The translations under genes and the position numbers were made by a program. A stretch of DNA of 64,000 nt from an uncultured Candidatus Saccharibacteria bacterium (GTDB lineage Bacteria > Patescibacteriota > Saccharimonadia > Saccharimonadales > JBBQAJ01). The DNA lies in contig CAZQHP010000001.1 of the NCBI GenBank assembly GCA_964593805.1, positions 321,516 through 385,515 of the forward strand, read 5' to 3'. The stretch's first letter is position 1. Each line of letters opens with the position of its first letter. Shown piece after piece: positions 29,479 through 36,994 of the stretch. The notes under the pieces were generated by a model. That model had not been told where the DNA came from and did no database searches. It saw only the letters and a program-made list of their open reading frames with translations.

Positions 29479-31116
29479 ATGAGTAAGGTTGCGCATTATC
29501 TGCAAGAACATTTAGTTGGTGAAGTAATGACCAATGCCGACGCGCGGCGTTATTTTGCTACTGACGCCAGCATTTTCAGCCTGCCGCCGGCTATTGTTGT
29601 CTATCCTCGCAACGAAAACGATATTCGCAAAACAGCCCGGTTTACCTGGCAGCTTGCCGAACGCGGTCGAGTTATTCCCATGACCGCCCGCGGTCTTGGG
29701 ACCGACCAAAGCGGCGCGGCACTCGGTAGCGGCATCATGCTGGTATTTCCGGCGCACATGCACCAGATTCTAGAGTTTGAGGGCAAATCAGGAGACGTGA
29801 CCGTAGAGCCTGGTATTGTGTATGGCAAACTTCAACAGGCGTTGCACACTCACAGCCGTTTCCTGCCGCCATACCCAGCATCACTTGAATATTCAACCGT
29901 TGGCGGCGCGATCGGCAATAATGCTGGCGGCGAGCGAAGCATCAAATACGGATCAACGCGTCCGTTCGTGAAACGGCTCAGAGTGGTACTTGCCAACGGC
30001 GAGATTATAGAAGTGCGCCGCTTGAATAAGCGCGAACTAAATAAAAAACTGGGCTTAAACAGCATGGAGGGCGAAGTTTACCGCCAGCTGGATAAATTGC
30101 TAGAAGAAAATCAGGCAGTTATAAAAAAATCGGTACTGCCTGTAACAAAAAACGCCGCCGGCTACGCCCTGCCGGAAATTAGAAACAAAGATGGTTCGTT
30201 TGACCTTACGCCGTTGTTTGTGGGCTCGCAAGGAACGCTCGGAATCATGACCGAAGCCACACTTTCAACCGAGCCGCATAACCCCAAGGCCACGCTTATC
30301 GTGGCTTTTCTGGACGACTTAAGCATAGCCCAAGAAATAATTGCCGAACTCCACAAATTTTCAGACTTGCCAGCTAGCATAGAAATGGTAGACAGCCACT
30401 TGCTGGAGTTTGTACAATCGCAGAATCCAACTTTGCTCAAAGACGTGCTGGAGCCGCCTTTTCAGAAACTAGTGTTGTTTATAGAATATGACAACCTGGC
30501 CGATCGCGCCCAAAAACATCTGGCCAAAAAAACCATCAAACTTTTAGAGCATTTTCAGGTAGCGTATAGAAAAGAGACAGACGCGGAAGCCAGGGAACAG
30601 CTTTGGAAAATCCGCCAAGCCGCCTCTGCCGTGCTTTCGCATAACGATGCGGGAGCCAAGCCGGTGCCAATCATCGAAGACGGTATTGTGCCGGTAGAAA
30701 AGTTCCAGGAATTTCTAGAGGGCATTTACGATTTGTTCGCTGCGCACCGTTTGCCCGTTTCGGTCTGGGGCCATGCCGGCAACGCTCACTTGCACGTACA
30801 GCCGCTGCTAAACCTAAGCCAGGTAGGGGACAGGCAAAAACTTTTTAAGCTCGTAGAAGATTATTACGCGCTTGTCATGCGGCTAGAAGGCAGTACGACT
30901 GGGGAGCATGGCGACGGCCGACTGCGCGCGCCGTTTTTGAAGCAGCTTTACGGCCCGGAAGTTTACGACTTGTTTACTCAGGTTAAGCAAATTTTTGATC
31001 CCTACGGCACGCTCAATCCCGGCGTCAAAATGGGCGTTACTCTAGAAGATATAAAGCCGTTGCTCCGCCAAGAATACGACCTAGCCCACTTGTACGACCA
31101 CATGCCTCGTAGTTGA
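29479..31116 (+). CDS. FAD-linked oxidase (GlcD/D-lactate dehydrogenase family; FAD_binding_4 + FAD-oxidase_C)
   Basis: FAD-binding motifs (RGLGTDQSGAALG, GGAIGNNAGGERSIKYG), C-terminal GEHGDG. ATG at 29479. Paralog at 56675. Confidence 0.8.
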   Translation: MSKVAHYLQEHLVGEVMTNADARRYFATDASIFSLPPAIVVYPRNENDIRKTARFTWQLAERGRVIPMTARGLGTDQSGAALGSGIMLVFPAHMHQILEFEGKSGDVTVEPGIVYGKLQQALHTHSRFLPPYPASLEYSTVGGAIGNNAGGERSIKYGSTRPFVKRLRVVLANGEIIEVRRLNKRELNKKLGLNSMEGEVYRQLDKLLEENQAVIKKSVLPVTKNAAGYALPEIRNKDGSFDLTPLFVGSQGTLGIMTEATLSTEPHNPKATLIVAFLDDLSIAQEIIAELHKFSDLPASIEMVDSHLLEFVQSQNPTLLKDVLEPPFQKLVLFIEYDNLADRAQKHLAKKTIKLLEHFQVAYRKETDAEAREQLWKIRQAASAVLSHNDAGAKPVPIIEDGIVPVEKFQEFLEGIYDLFAAHRLPVSVWGHAGNAHLHVQPLLNLSQVGDRQKLFKLVEDYYALVMRLEGSTTGEHGDGRLRAPFLKQLYGPEVYDLFTQVKQIFDPYGTLNPGVKMGVTLEDIKPLLRQEYDLAHLYDHMPRS

Positions 31117-31182
31117 TGCGAAATCGGGTTTGAATTATTGCCTAGAAATGCTAAGATAACCTCTGTTCTTTAAGATACGTCT

Positions 31183-31269
31183 GCGCGAGTGGCGGAATTG
31201 GTAGACGCGCTAGCTTCAGGAGTTAGTGAGAGCAATCTCGTGGAGGTTCAAGTCCTCTCTCGCGCACCA
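31183..31269 (+). tRNA. tRNA-Leu (anticodon CAG), CCA encoded
   Basis: Acceptor GCGCGAG/CTCGCGC, anticodon loop TTCAGGA, long variable arm, T-loop TTCAAGT. Confidence 0.9.
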
Positions 31270-31274
31270 AAATC

Positions 31275-31351
31275 GGGCGGTTAGCTCAGTTGGCTAGAGC
31301 ACCTCGTTTACACCGAGGGGGTCATAGGTTCGAGTCCTATACCGCCCACCA
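31275..31351 (+). tRNA. tRNA-Val (anticodon TAC), CCA encoded
   Basis: Acceptor GGGCGGT/ACCGCCC, anticodon stem CCTCG/CGAGG, loop TTTACAC, T-loop TTCGAGT. Confidence 0.9.
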
Positions 31352-31352
31352 A

Positions 31353-31369
31353 GCTTTGTTTCACAAAGC
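31353..31369 (+). terminator. possible hairpin terminator after the tRNA-Leu/Val pair
   Basis: GCTTTGT-TTC-ACAAAGC stem-loop followed by an AT-rich stretch. T-run is weak. Confidence 0.3.
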
Positions 31370-31506
31370 AGTTAACAATTTACATTTATCATTTTACATT
31401 TTTGGACAAAAGCTAGGCTTTTGAATTTAACGTATCAGCGGAGCTGTCCAACATTGAAAATTGTGAATTGATACTTGATACTTGTTTTTGCTTGGCAAAA
31501 ACCTGT

Positions 31507-31582
31507 GGCTCTTTAGCTCAGTTGGTAGAGCAGAGGCTTGAAGAGCCTTGTGTCCCCAGTTCGAGTCTGGGAGGAGCCACCA
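31507..31582 (+). tRNA. tRNA-Phe (anticodon GAA), CCA encoded
   Basis: Acceptor GGCTCTT/AGGAGCC, anticodon loop TTGAAGA, T-loop TTCGAGT. Confidence 0.9.
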
Positions 31583-31583
31583 A

Positions 31584-31659
31584 GCGAGTGTAGCTCAGTT
31601 GATAGAGCGCTTCCTTGCCAAGGAAGAGGCCAGGGGTTTAAGTCCCCTCACTCGCACCA
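31584..31659 (+). tRNA. tRNA-Gly (anticodon GCC), CCA encoded
   Basis: Acceptor GCGAGTG/CACTCGC, anticodon loop TTGCCAA, T-loop TTTAAGT. Begins 1 nt after tRNA-Phe. Confidence 0.9.
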
Positions 31660-31668
31660 ATGAAAGAT

Positions 31669-31690
31669 CCGGCCATTGAGCCGGTTTTTT
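31669..31690 (+). terminator. rho-independent terminator of the tRNA-Phe/Gly unit
   Basis: CCGGC-CATTGA-GCCGG stem-loop followed by TTTTTT. Confidence 0.6.
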
Positions 31691-31818
31691 CATTGGTGCA
31701 GGCGGTCTCAAAGCTCTGCCCAAAGGCCAGGGTGAGAACTGCCTGTGGCAGTTCGCAAGGAAACCTTCCGGTGAAAACTTGTTTTCATCCGCGAAGTTTC
31801 GAGCCTACAGAATGTAGG

Positions 31819-31840
31819 TTAAGTCCCCTCACTCGCACCA
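31819..31840 (+). repeat. direct repeat of the 3' end of tRNA-Gly (T-loop to CCA)
   Basis: TTAAGTCCCCTCACTCGCACCA is identical to 31638-31659 and sits 159 bp downstream of the intact gene. The following AT dinucleotide is also shared. Confidence 0.7.
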
Positions 31841-31911
31841 ATATAACTTATCCATTGCATTTTCATCGTTTCAGTACTACGCTTATGTTAATAACATATA
31901 GGAAAACGAAT

Positions 31912-33597
31912 ATGGCAAATAAAGCTAAAACAGTCAAAAGGAACACAAGCGTGAGCAAAGCCAAGCCGGCTCGTTCAACCCGAGCCAAAAAGAAGTCATT
32001 CAAACCCTCTCTGCGGGGTAGCAAAAACAGGCTATTAGTGCCATTCATTGTTTTATTTGCCCTGGTAGGGAGTTATTTTATCTACCAGAGCTTTGCGGCT
32101 ACGCCGAACGCGACCGAAAAAATGGGAGTTTTCAGGGGAGCACAATCTCCTGGCGCGGTAGCAGATTATGAAGCCTGGGCCGGCCGGCCGGTTACCTATT
32201 CGCTTGGTTTTTACGGCAGGGGAACGGGCAGTTTTAGCCAAATTGATGACCCAGGGGCAAAATGTCGCACCTGGGCGCCTACGAAGTACGCGCTTGTATT
32301 ATCAACGGCTATTCTGCCATCATCATCGTATACCTTAGCCGCGGGCGCCAAAGGCGATTACAATACGCACTGGAAAAATTTTGGCCAAAAACTGGTAGAC
32401 AACGGCTGCGCCGATATCACGCTCCGTCTGGGCTGGGAGTTTAACGGTAAATTCTATGATTGGGCAGCCGGAGGCAAAGAAGCTGATTATGCTGCCTATT
32501 GGCGCCAAATAGTTACAACACTGCGTGCCGTACCAGGACAATCATTTAGGTTTGACTGGTGTCCGTTAGCGGGCAATACCAACGCCAACGTTGAAGCAGC
32601 CTATCCTGGCGACCAATATGTGGACAACATCGGCCTTGACGCCTATGACACCAGCACCGTACATACTTCTGATCTAGACAGATGGAACAATCAAGTAAAC
32701 CGCACTTATGGTCTGAAGTGGCAGAAAGATTTTGCCACCGCTCATGGTAAATCAATTTCATACCCAGAGTGGGGATTGACGGTTCGGCCAAAAGACAATC
32801 TAGGCGGCGGAGACAACCCATACTATATACAGAAGATGTATGATTGGATGAACGCGCTGCCAGCCAGTGGTGGGGGCGCGCTTGCATACCAAAGCTACTT
32901 TGAAGACGATGCAGCCGATGGCCAGCACGCTCTTATGAACGGACAATTCCCGAACAGTGCGGCGTTGTTCAAGAAATTATTCGGGGTGTTGCCTGCAACC
33001 AGTACCACGGACACAACAGCGCCATCTGCACCGACAAACCTTGCGGCAAATGCAATTAGCCAGAATCAGATTAACTTAACCTGGAACGCTTCAACTGATA
33101 ACAAAGCCGTCAGCTCTTACGATATCTATAGAAATGGCAGTAAAATTTCCAGTAGCCTCACCGCTAGCTTTAGCGACACCGGGCTGGCAGCGGCTACAAG
33201 CTACAGTTACTACGTAATCGCGCGTGATGCCGCGGGCAATAGCAGTACGGCTTCAAATACCGCCTCAGCCACAACTACATCAGATGCCGTAGCAACGACC
33301 AGCTACAAAACGTCGACTTTCAGTGCAACCCTGAACAAATACAACAGCAAAACTTTCAGCTTATCGTTGCCCAAAGCTGCAATCATAAAATACTCCATTA
33401 ACAACTCCAAAACGAGTGGACGGTTCGACGTAGCCATAATTGACCCAAGCGGCAAGACGGTTCACACGATTTCTAATTCCACGCTACAGATTAACGACAG
33501 CTTTACAATAACCAGCACCGGTACATACAAGTTTAAGGTCACAACTCGGTGGTGGAGCAACAATTCGTTCACTCTAAAAGTAACCTATCCGTACTAA
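31912..33597 (+). CDS. membrane-anchored secreted glycoside hydrolase (GH26/clan GH-A-like) with fibronectin type III domain and C-terminal beta-rich domain
   Basis: K-rich N-tail plus signal anchor. Clan GH-A acid/base motif LRLGWEFNGKFYDW and nucleophile-region ISYPEWG. FN3-like PSAPTNL...LTWNAS...YSYYVIARDAAGNSS. Confidence 0.65.
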   Translation: MANKAKTVKRNTSVSKAKPARSTRAKKKSFKPSLRGSKNRLLVPFIVLFALVGSYFIYQSFAATPNATEKMGVFRGAQSPGAVADYEAWAGRPVTYSLGFYGRGTGSFSQIDDPGAKCRTWAPTKYALVLSTAILPSSSYTLAAGAKGDYNTHWKNFGQKLVDNGCADITLRLGWEFNGKFYDWAAGGKEADYAAYWRQIVTTLRAVPGQSFRFDWCPLAGNTNANVEAAYPGDQYVDNIGLDAYDTSTVHTSDLDRWNNQVNRTYGLKWQKDFATAHGKSISYPEWGLTVRPKDNLGGGDNPYYIQKMYDWMNALPASGGGALAYQSYFEDDAADGQHALMNGQFPNSAALFKKLFGVLPATSTTDTTAPSAPTNLAANAISQNQINLTWNASTDNKAVSSYDIYRNGSKISSSLTASFSDTGLAAATSYSYYVIARDAAGNSSTASNTASATTTSDAVATTSYKTSTFSATLNKYNSKTFSLSLPKAAIIKYSINNSKTSGRFDVAIIDPSGKTVHTISNSTLQINDSFTITSTGTYKFKVTTRWWSNNSFTLKVTYPY

Positions 33598-33713
33598 ACT
33601 TTTCTACCATGTTTAGGAGTGGTTTCGGGGGATTCGGCCAGCAATTCAGCTGTTGGTGAATACTTGCTGCCCGCGTAGTAGTTTGGGGTGTACTTTTGTA
33701 TACTACTGGAGAC

Positions 33714-33787
33714 GGTGCGTTGGCCGAGAAGTTAGGCATGGGTCTGCAAAACCCAGTAGACGGGAGCATTACCCGTACGCACCTCCA
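33714..33787 (+). tRNA. atypical tRNA-Cys (anticodon GCA), discriminator U73, CCA encoded
   Basis: Folds as a cloverleaf: acceptor GGTGCGT/ACGCACC, anticodon stem TGGGT/ACCCA, loop CTGCAAA. D-loop lacks GG18-19 and T-loop is AGCATTA rather than TTCRANT. A TATACT box lies 9 nt upstream, and tRNA-Leu starts 1 nt after the 3' end. Confidence 0.5.
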
Positions 33788-33788
33788 A

Positions 33789-33876
33789 GCGCGAGTGGCG
33801 GAATTGGTATACGCGACAGACTTAAAATCTGTTGGCTGAATAAGTCTTGTGGGTTCAAGTCCCACCTCGCGCACCA
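33789..33876 (+). tRNA. tRNA-Leu (anticodon TAA), CCA encoded
   Basis: Acceptor GCGCGAG/CTCGCGC, anticodon stem ACAGA/TCTGT, loop CTTAAAA, long variable arm, T-loop TTCAAGT. Confidence 0.9.
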
Positions 33877-33936
33877 CACCTTCCTGTTTCAAGAACCGGC
33901 TAGCCATAAACGATGAAACCGTTATAATTTAGAGCA

Positions 33937-34554
33937 ATGAGTGAAGATGTTCGAAAAAGCGATGTTCTGACTCCTTCGGCGGCCAGCGTGGGAGCTTGTG
34001 CGTTCGGTTTAGCCACGGCGTTATTTTTTATAGTTTTGCCTAGGCTTGGCGGTGACGCGTTTTTGGGACTGGTATTTGGCAAAGACGCCAACCTGTCGCT
34101 TATAAATTCATCCAAAGAAAACTATGGGCCCCTGGTAGACCAGTTGCTAAGTAACGATTTGTTGGGGAGAGCGGTGGTGTTTGGGCTATGGGCGTTCGTA
34201 GGGCTGTGCACATTCGTACTAATCACCACCATCATGGGTATTTTGGGAACCGTAGAAGAGCAGACCAGAGAAATGGGTTATATTCACCAAAACAAAGATT
34301 CGCTACTACGCAACGATCTGATCACAGTTGTCTACCGGCTTGGTATCGCGGCGCTATGGGCGGGCTTTTTGGTGCTCTGGTTGCGGTTTGTTTTGAGTTA
34401 TTTCGCGGTTACGGGGTTTGTGGCATTTGGGCAAGGGGCGGCGGGCGACTGGGTAATCTTTACCATAGCTAGCGCCATATTATTTATATCTCTGCACATC
34501 CAAGTTGTTTTTACTCGACTCTTCGTTGGCAAAACCCGTGTATGGGAAAGCTAA
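33937..34554 (+). CDS. hypothetical 4-TM membrane protein
   Basis: Four hydrophobic helices. No recognisable motif. A TATAAT box sits 9 nt upstream of the ATG. Confidence 0.5.
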   Translation: MSEDVRKSDVLTPSAASVGACAFGLATALFFIVLPRLGGDAFLGLVFGKDANLSLINSSKENYGPLVDQLLSNDLLGRAVVFGLWAFVGLCTFVLITTIMGILGTVEEQTREMGYIHQNKDSLLRNDLITVVYRLGIAALWAGFLVLWLRFVLSYFAVTGFVAFGQGAAGDWVIFTIASAILFISLHIQVVFTRLFVGKTRVWES

Positions 34555-34599
34555 TGTGTGGTAAAATATAAGTACTGAATAAACAGGGGTAACTGCGGT

Positions 34600-35163
34600 A
34601 TGACACCACTAATTGTAATCGGCGCCATTATCTTGGTGGTTTTGGTTGCCGGCGTAGCCATGTATAACAGCTTGGTACGGCTTAATGTTCGCGTTGAAGA
34701 GGCATGGAGCGATATTACGGTTCAGCTCAAACGACGCTTGGACCTGATTCCTAATCTAGTAAGCACCGTAAAAGGCTACGCCAAACACGAAGCGGAAGTG
34801 CTGGAAAACATTGCCAAAGAACGTGCCGGCATGGCTGGCGGCGGCTCTGTCAAAGAGGCGGCTCAAACCGAAAACATGCTTACTGGCGCGCTGAAAAGCG
34901 TGTTTGCCGTTGCCGAAAGCAACCCTGACCTAAAAGCCAACCAAAACTTCTTGCAGTTGCAGGGCGAGTTGGTTGACACCGAAGACAAAATCCAAGCGGC
35001 CCGGCGTTTTTATAACGGCTCTGCCCGCGACCTAAATACAAAAGTTCTAACTTTCCCAACCAATATCTTTGCCGGCATGCTTGGTTTTAAAACCCGAGAA
35101 TTCTTTGAAGTAGAAGAAGCCGAAGCAGCTGCCGCAGCTAAACCAACCGAAGTAAAATTCTAG
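34600..35163 (+). CDS. lemA: LemA family protein
   Basis: N-terminal TM plus YNSLV..VEEAWSDI.VQLKRR.DLIPNLV..VKGYA.HE signature of LemA. Confidence 0.8.
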   Translation: MTPLIVIGAIILVVLVAGVAMYNSLVRLNVRVEEAWSDITVQLKRRLDLIPNLVSTVKGYAKHEAEVLENIAKERAGMAGGGSVKEAAQTENMLTGALKSVFAVAESNPDLKANQNFLQLQGELVDTEDKIQAARRFYNGSARDLNTKVLTFPTNIFAGMLGFKTREFFEVEEAEAAAAAKPTEVKF

Positions 35164-35181
35164 AATTTCGGGAGAACAGCC

Positions 35182-36060
35182 TTGTATAGCGCGATTGCAG
35201 CCAACAAGCGCAAAACTGTCCTGATGATGGGCGTGTTTGTGGCGCTGGTAGCCGGGCTTGGCTGGCTGTTTGGCCAATATTCCGGCCAGCCCGCTATTAC
35301 GCCTTACGTCTTGATTGGCGCGGCTGTCTACGCGTTGCTCAGTTATTTTGCCGGTTCAAAAGTGGCTCTGGCCATGAACGGCGCTCATGAGATAAAGAAG
35401 CGCGACAATCCGCGCCTGTGGCGAATCGTTGAAAATCTGGCAATTACCGAAGGCCTGCCCATGCCGAAGGTTTATGTTATTGAAGATCCGGCGCCAAACG
35501 CGTTTGCCACGGGACGCAACCCGCAGAACGCAATCGTTGCCACAACCAGCGGCTTGCTGGAGATTATGGACGACAAAGAGCTGGAAGGTGTCATGGCGCA
35601 CGAATTAGGACACGTCAAGAATTACGATATCCGCGTGTCTATGGTAGCGTTCGCTTTGGTGGCGGTGGTCAGTATTATTGCCGACATCATGTTACGCATG
35701 ACATGGTTCCGGGGCGATGATGACGACAATGGCTCCAGTAGTTTGTTTTTTGTCATCGGCATCGTGGCGGCAATCGTGGCTCCGTTAATTGCCATGATGA
35801 TTCAGCTATCTATCTCCCGCCGCCGCGAATTTTTAGCCGACGCGACTGGCGCGCTAGCAACCCGCTATCCAGAAGGGCTAGCCAGCGCGCTGCAAAAAAT
35901 CGGCCATTACGGCAGTACCCTTAAACGCCAAAATGCCTCCACCGCGCACTTATTTTTTGCCAATCCTCTAAAAGTGCGAAGCTTCGCCAGCCTATTCAGT
36001 ACCCACCCGCCCGTAGAAGATCGCATAGCCAAGCTACAAGAAATGGGCCGTCGTGCCTGA
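35182..36060 (+). CDS. htpX: M48 zinc metalloprotease HtpX
   Basis: HELGHVKNYD (HExxH) and downstream EFLADA Glu ligand region. 4 TM. TTG start with GGGAG RBS. Confidence 0.8.
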   Translation: MYSAIAANKRKTVLMMGVFVALVAGLGWLFGQYSGQPAITPYVLIGAAVYALLSYFAGSKVALAMNGAHEIKKRDNPRLWRIVENLAITEGLPMPKVYVIEDPAPNAFATGRNPQNAIVATTSGLLEIMDDKELEGVMAHELGHVKNYDIRVSMVAFALVAVVSIIADIMLRMTWFRGDDDDNGSSSLFFVIGIVAAIVAPLIAMMIQLSISRRREFLADATGALATRYPEGLASALQKIGHYGSTLKRQNASTAHLFFANPLKVRSFASLFSTHPPVEDRIAKLQEMGRRA

Positions 36061-36994
36061 TATAAAGTCAAAAGTCGTTAAATCGCGGCGGATTAAAAAA
36101 CCCGTTTATAAATCGTTCCGGATTAGCAAAAAAATCCGCCTTTCCCAGGAGCCTTTGAAAGGCTCGTTCCGGCTTTTGGCCGCGGCGGTTCGGGTGCTCT
36201 TAAAAAACTGGCGGCTTTTTGGAGGCATTGTCTTCGTATATCTAGTTTTGACAGTGGTGCTGGTGAAAGGTTTTGGGGTTAACAGCGACATAGCCCAGCT
36301 CAAAGCCACGGTTCTGGAGCTTTTCAATGGCAGCACCGCCCAGCTAGTTACGAGCCTGACGCTTTTTGGCGTTTTGTTGGGAAACGCCAACAGTACGGCA
36401 AGCGACATAGCCGGCGCCTATCAGTCAATATTGCTGGTCGTCGTTAGCTTGGTTCTAATCTGGGCTCTCAGGCAAAGCCTGGCCGAAAAAAAGCCAGCCG
36501 TAAGCGTGCGCGACGCATTCTACAAAGGTCTGTACCCGGTCATACCGTTTTTGCTGGTGCTGCTGGTAATTGGGTTGCAGTTGCTGCCGCTGGTAATTGC
36601 CAATTTTCTCTATACCGTAATCTTTGGCGGCGGTTTGGCGGTGACAGCCCCCGAGCAATGGCTCTGGGGGCTACTGCTGGGGCTGTTAGCTTTACTAAGC
36701 TTGTATATGATAGCTTCTTCGGTGTTTGCCCTGTATATTGTAACTTTGCCAGACGTTCGGCCCATTCAAGCCCTGCGGTCGGCCCGAGACCTAGTCCGCT
36801 ATCGCCGCTGGGTGGTTATGCGCAAAGTTATGTTTTTGCCGGTGGCGCTCCTAATCCTGGCGGCGGCGATTGTTATACCCATCATCATAATTTCGCCCGC
36901 CATTGCTGAGTGGGTTTTTTTCATCCTCAGCATGCTGGGCCTGGCAATTGTGCATAGCTATTTTTACCAACTCTACCGGGAACTTTTGGGGTGA
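36053..36994 (+). CDS. hypothetical polytopic membrane protein with K/R-rich N-terminal tail
   Basis: Overlaps the htpX stop and the ligA start. About 6 TM helices. Confidence 0.5.
   Translation: MPDIKSKVVKSRRIKKPVYKSFRISKKIRLSQEPLKGSFRLLAAAVRVLLKNWRLFGGIVFVYLVLTVVLVKGFGVNSDIAQLKATVLELFNGSTAQLVTSLTLFGVLLGNANSTASDIAGAYQSILLVVVSLVLIWALRQSLAEKKPAVSVRDAFYKGLYPVIPFLLVLLVIGLQLLPLVIANFLYTVIFGGGLAVTAPEQWLWGLLLGLLALLSLYMIASSVFALYIVTLPDVRPIQALRSARDLVRYRRWVVMRKVMFLPVALLILAAAIVIPIIIISPAIAEWVFFILSMLGLAIVHSYFYQLYRELLG

Noticed and set aside
31797-31840. Possible second, degenerate tRNA formed by the tRNA-Gly 3' repeat
   Set aside because: No matching 5' acceptor strand (GCGAGTG) within 100 nt upstream and no D or anticodon arms. 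It is treated as a repeat or scar only.
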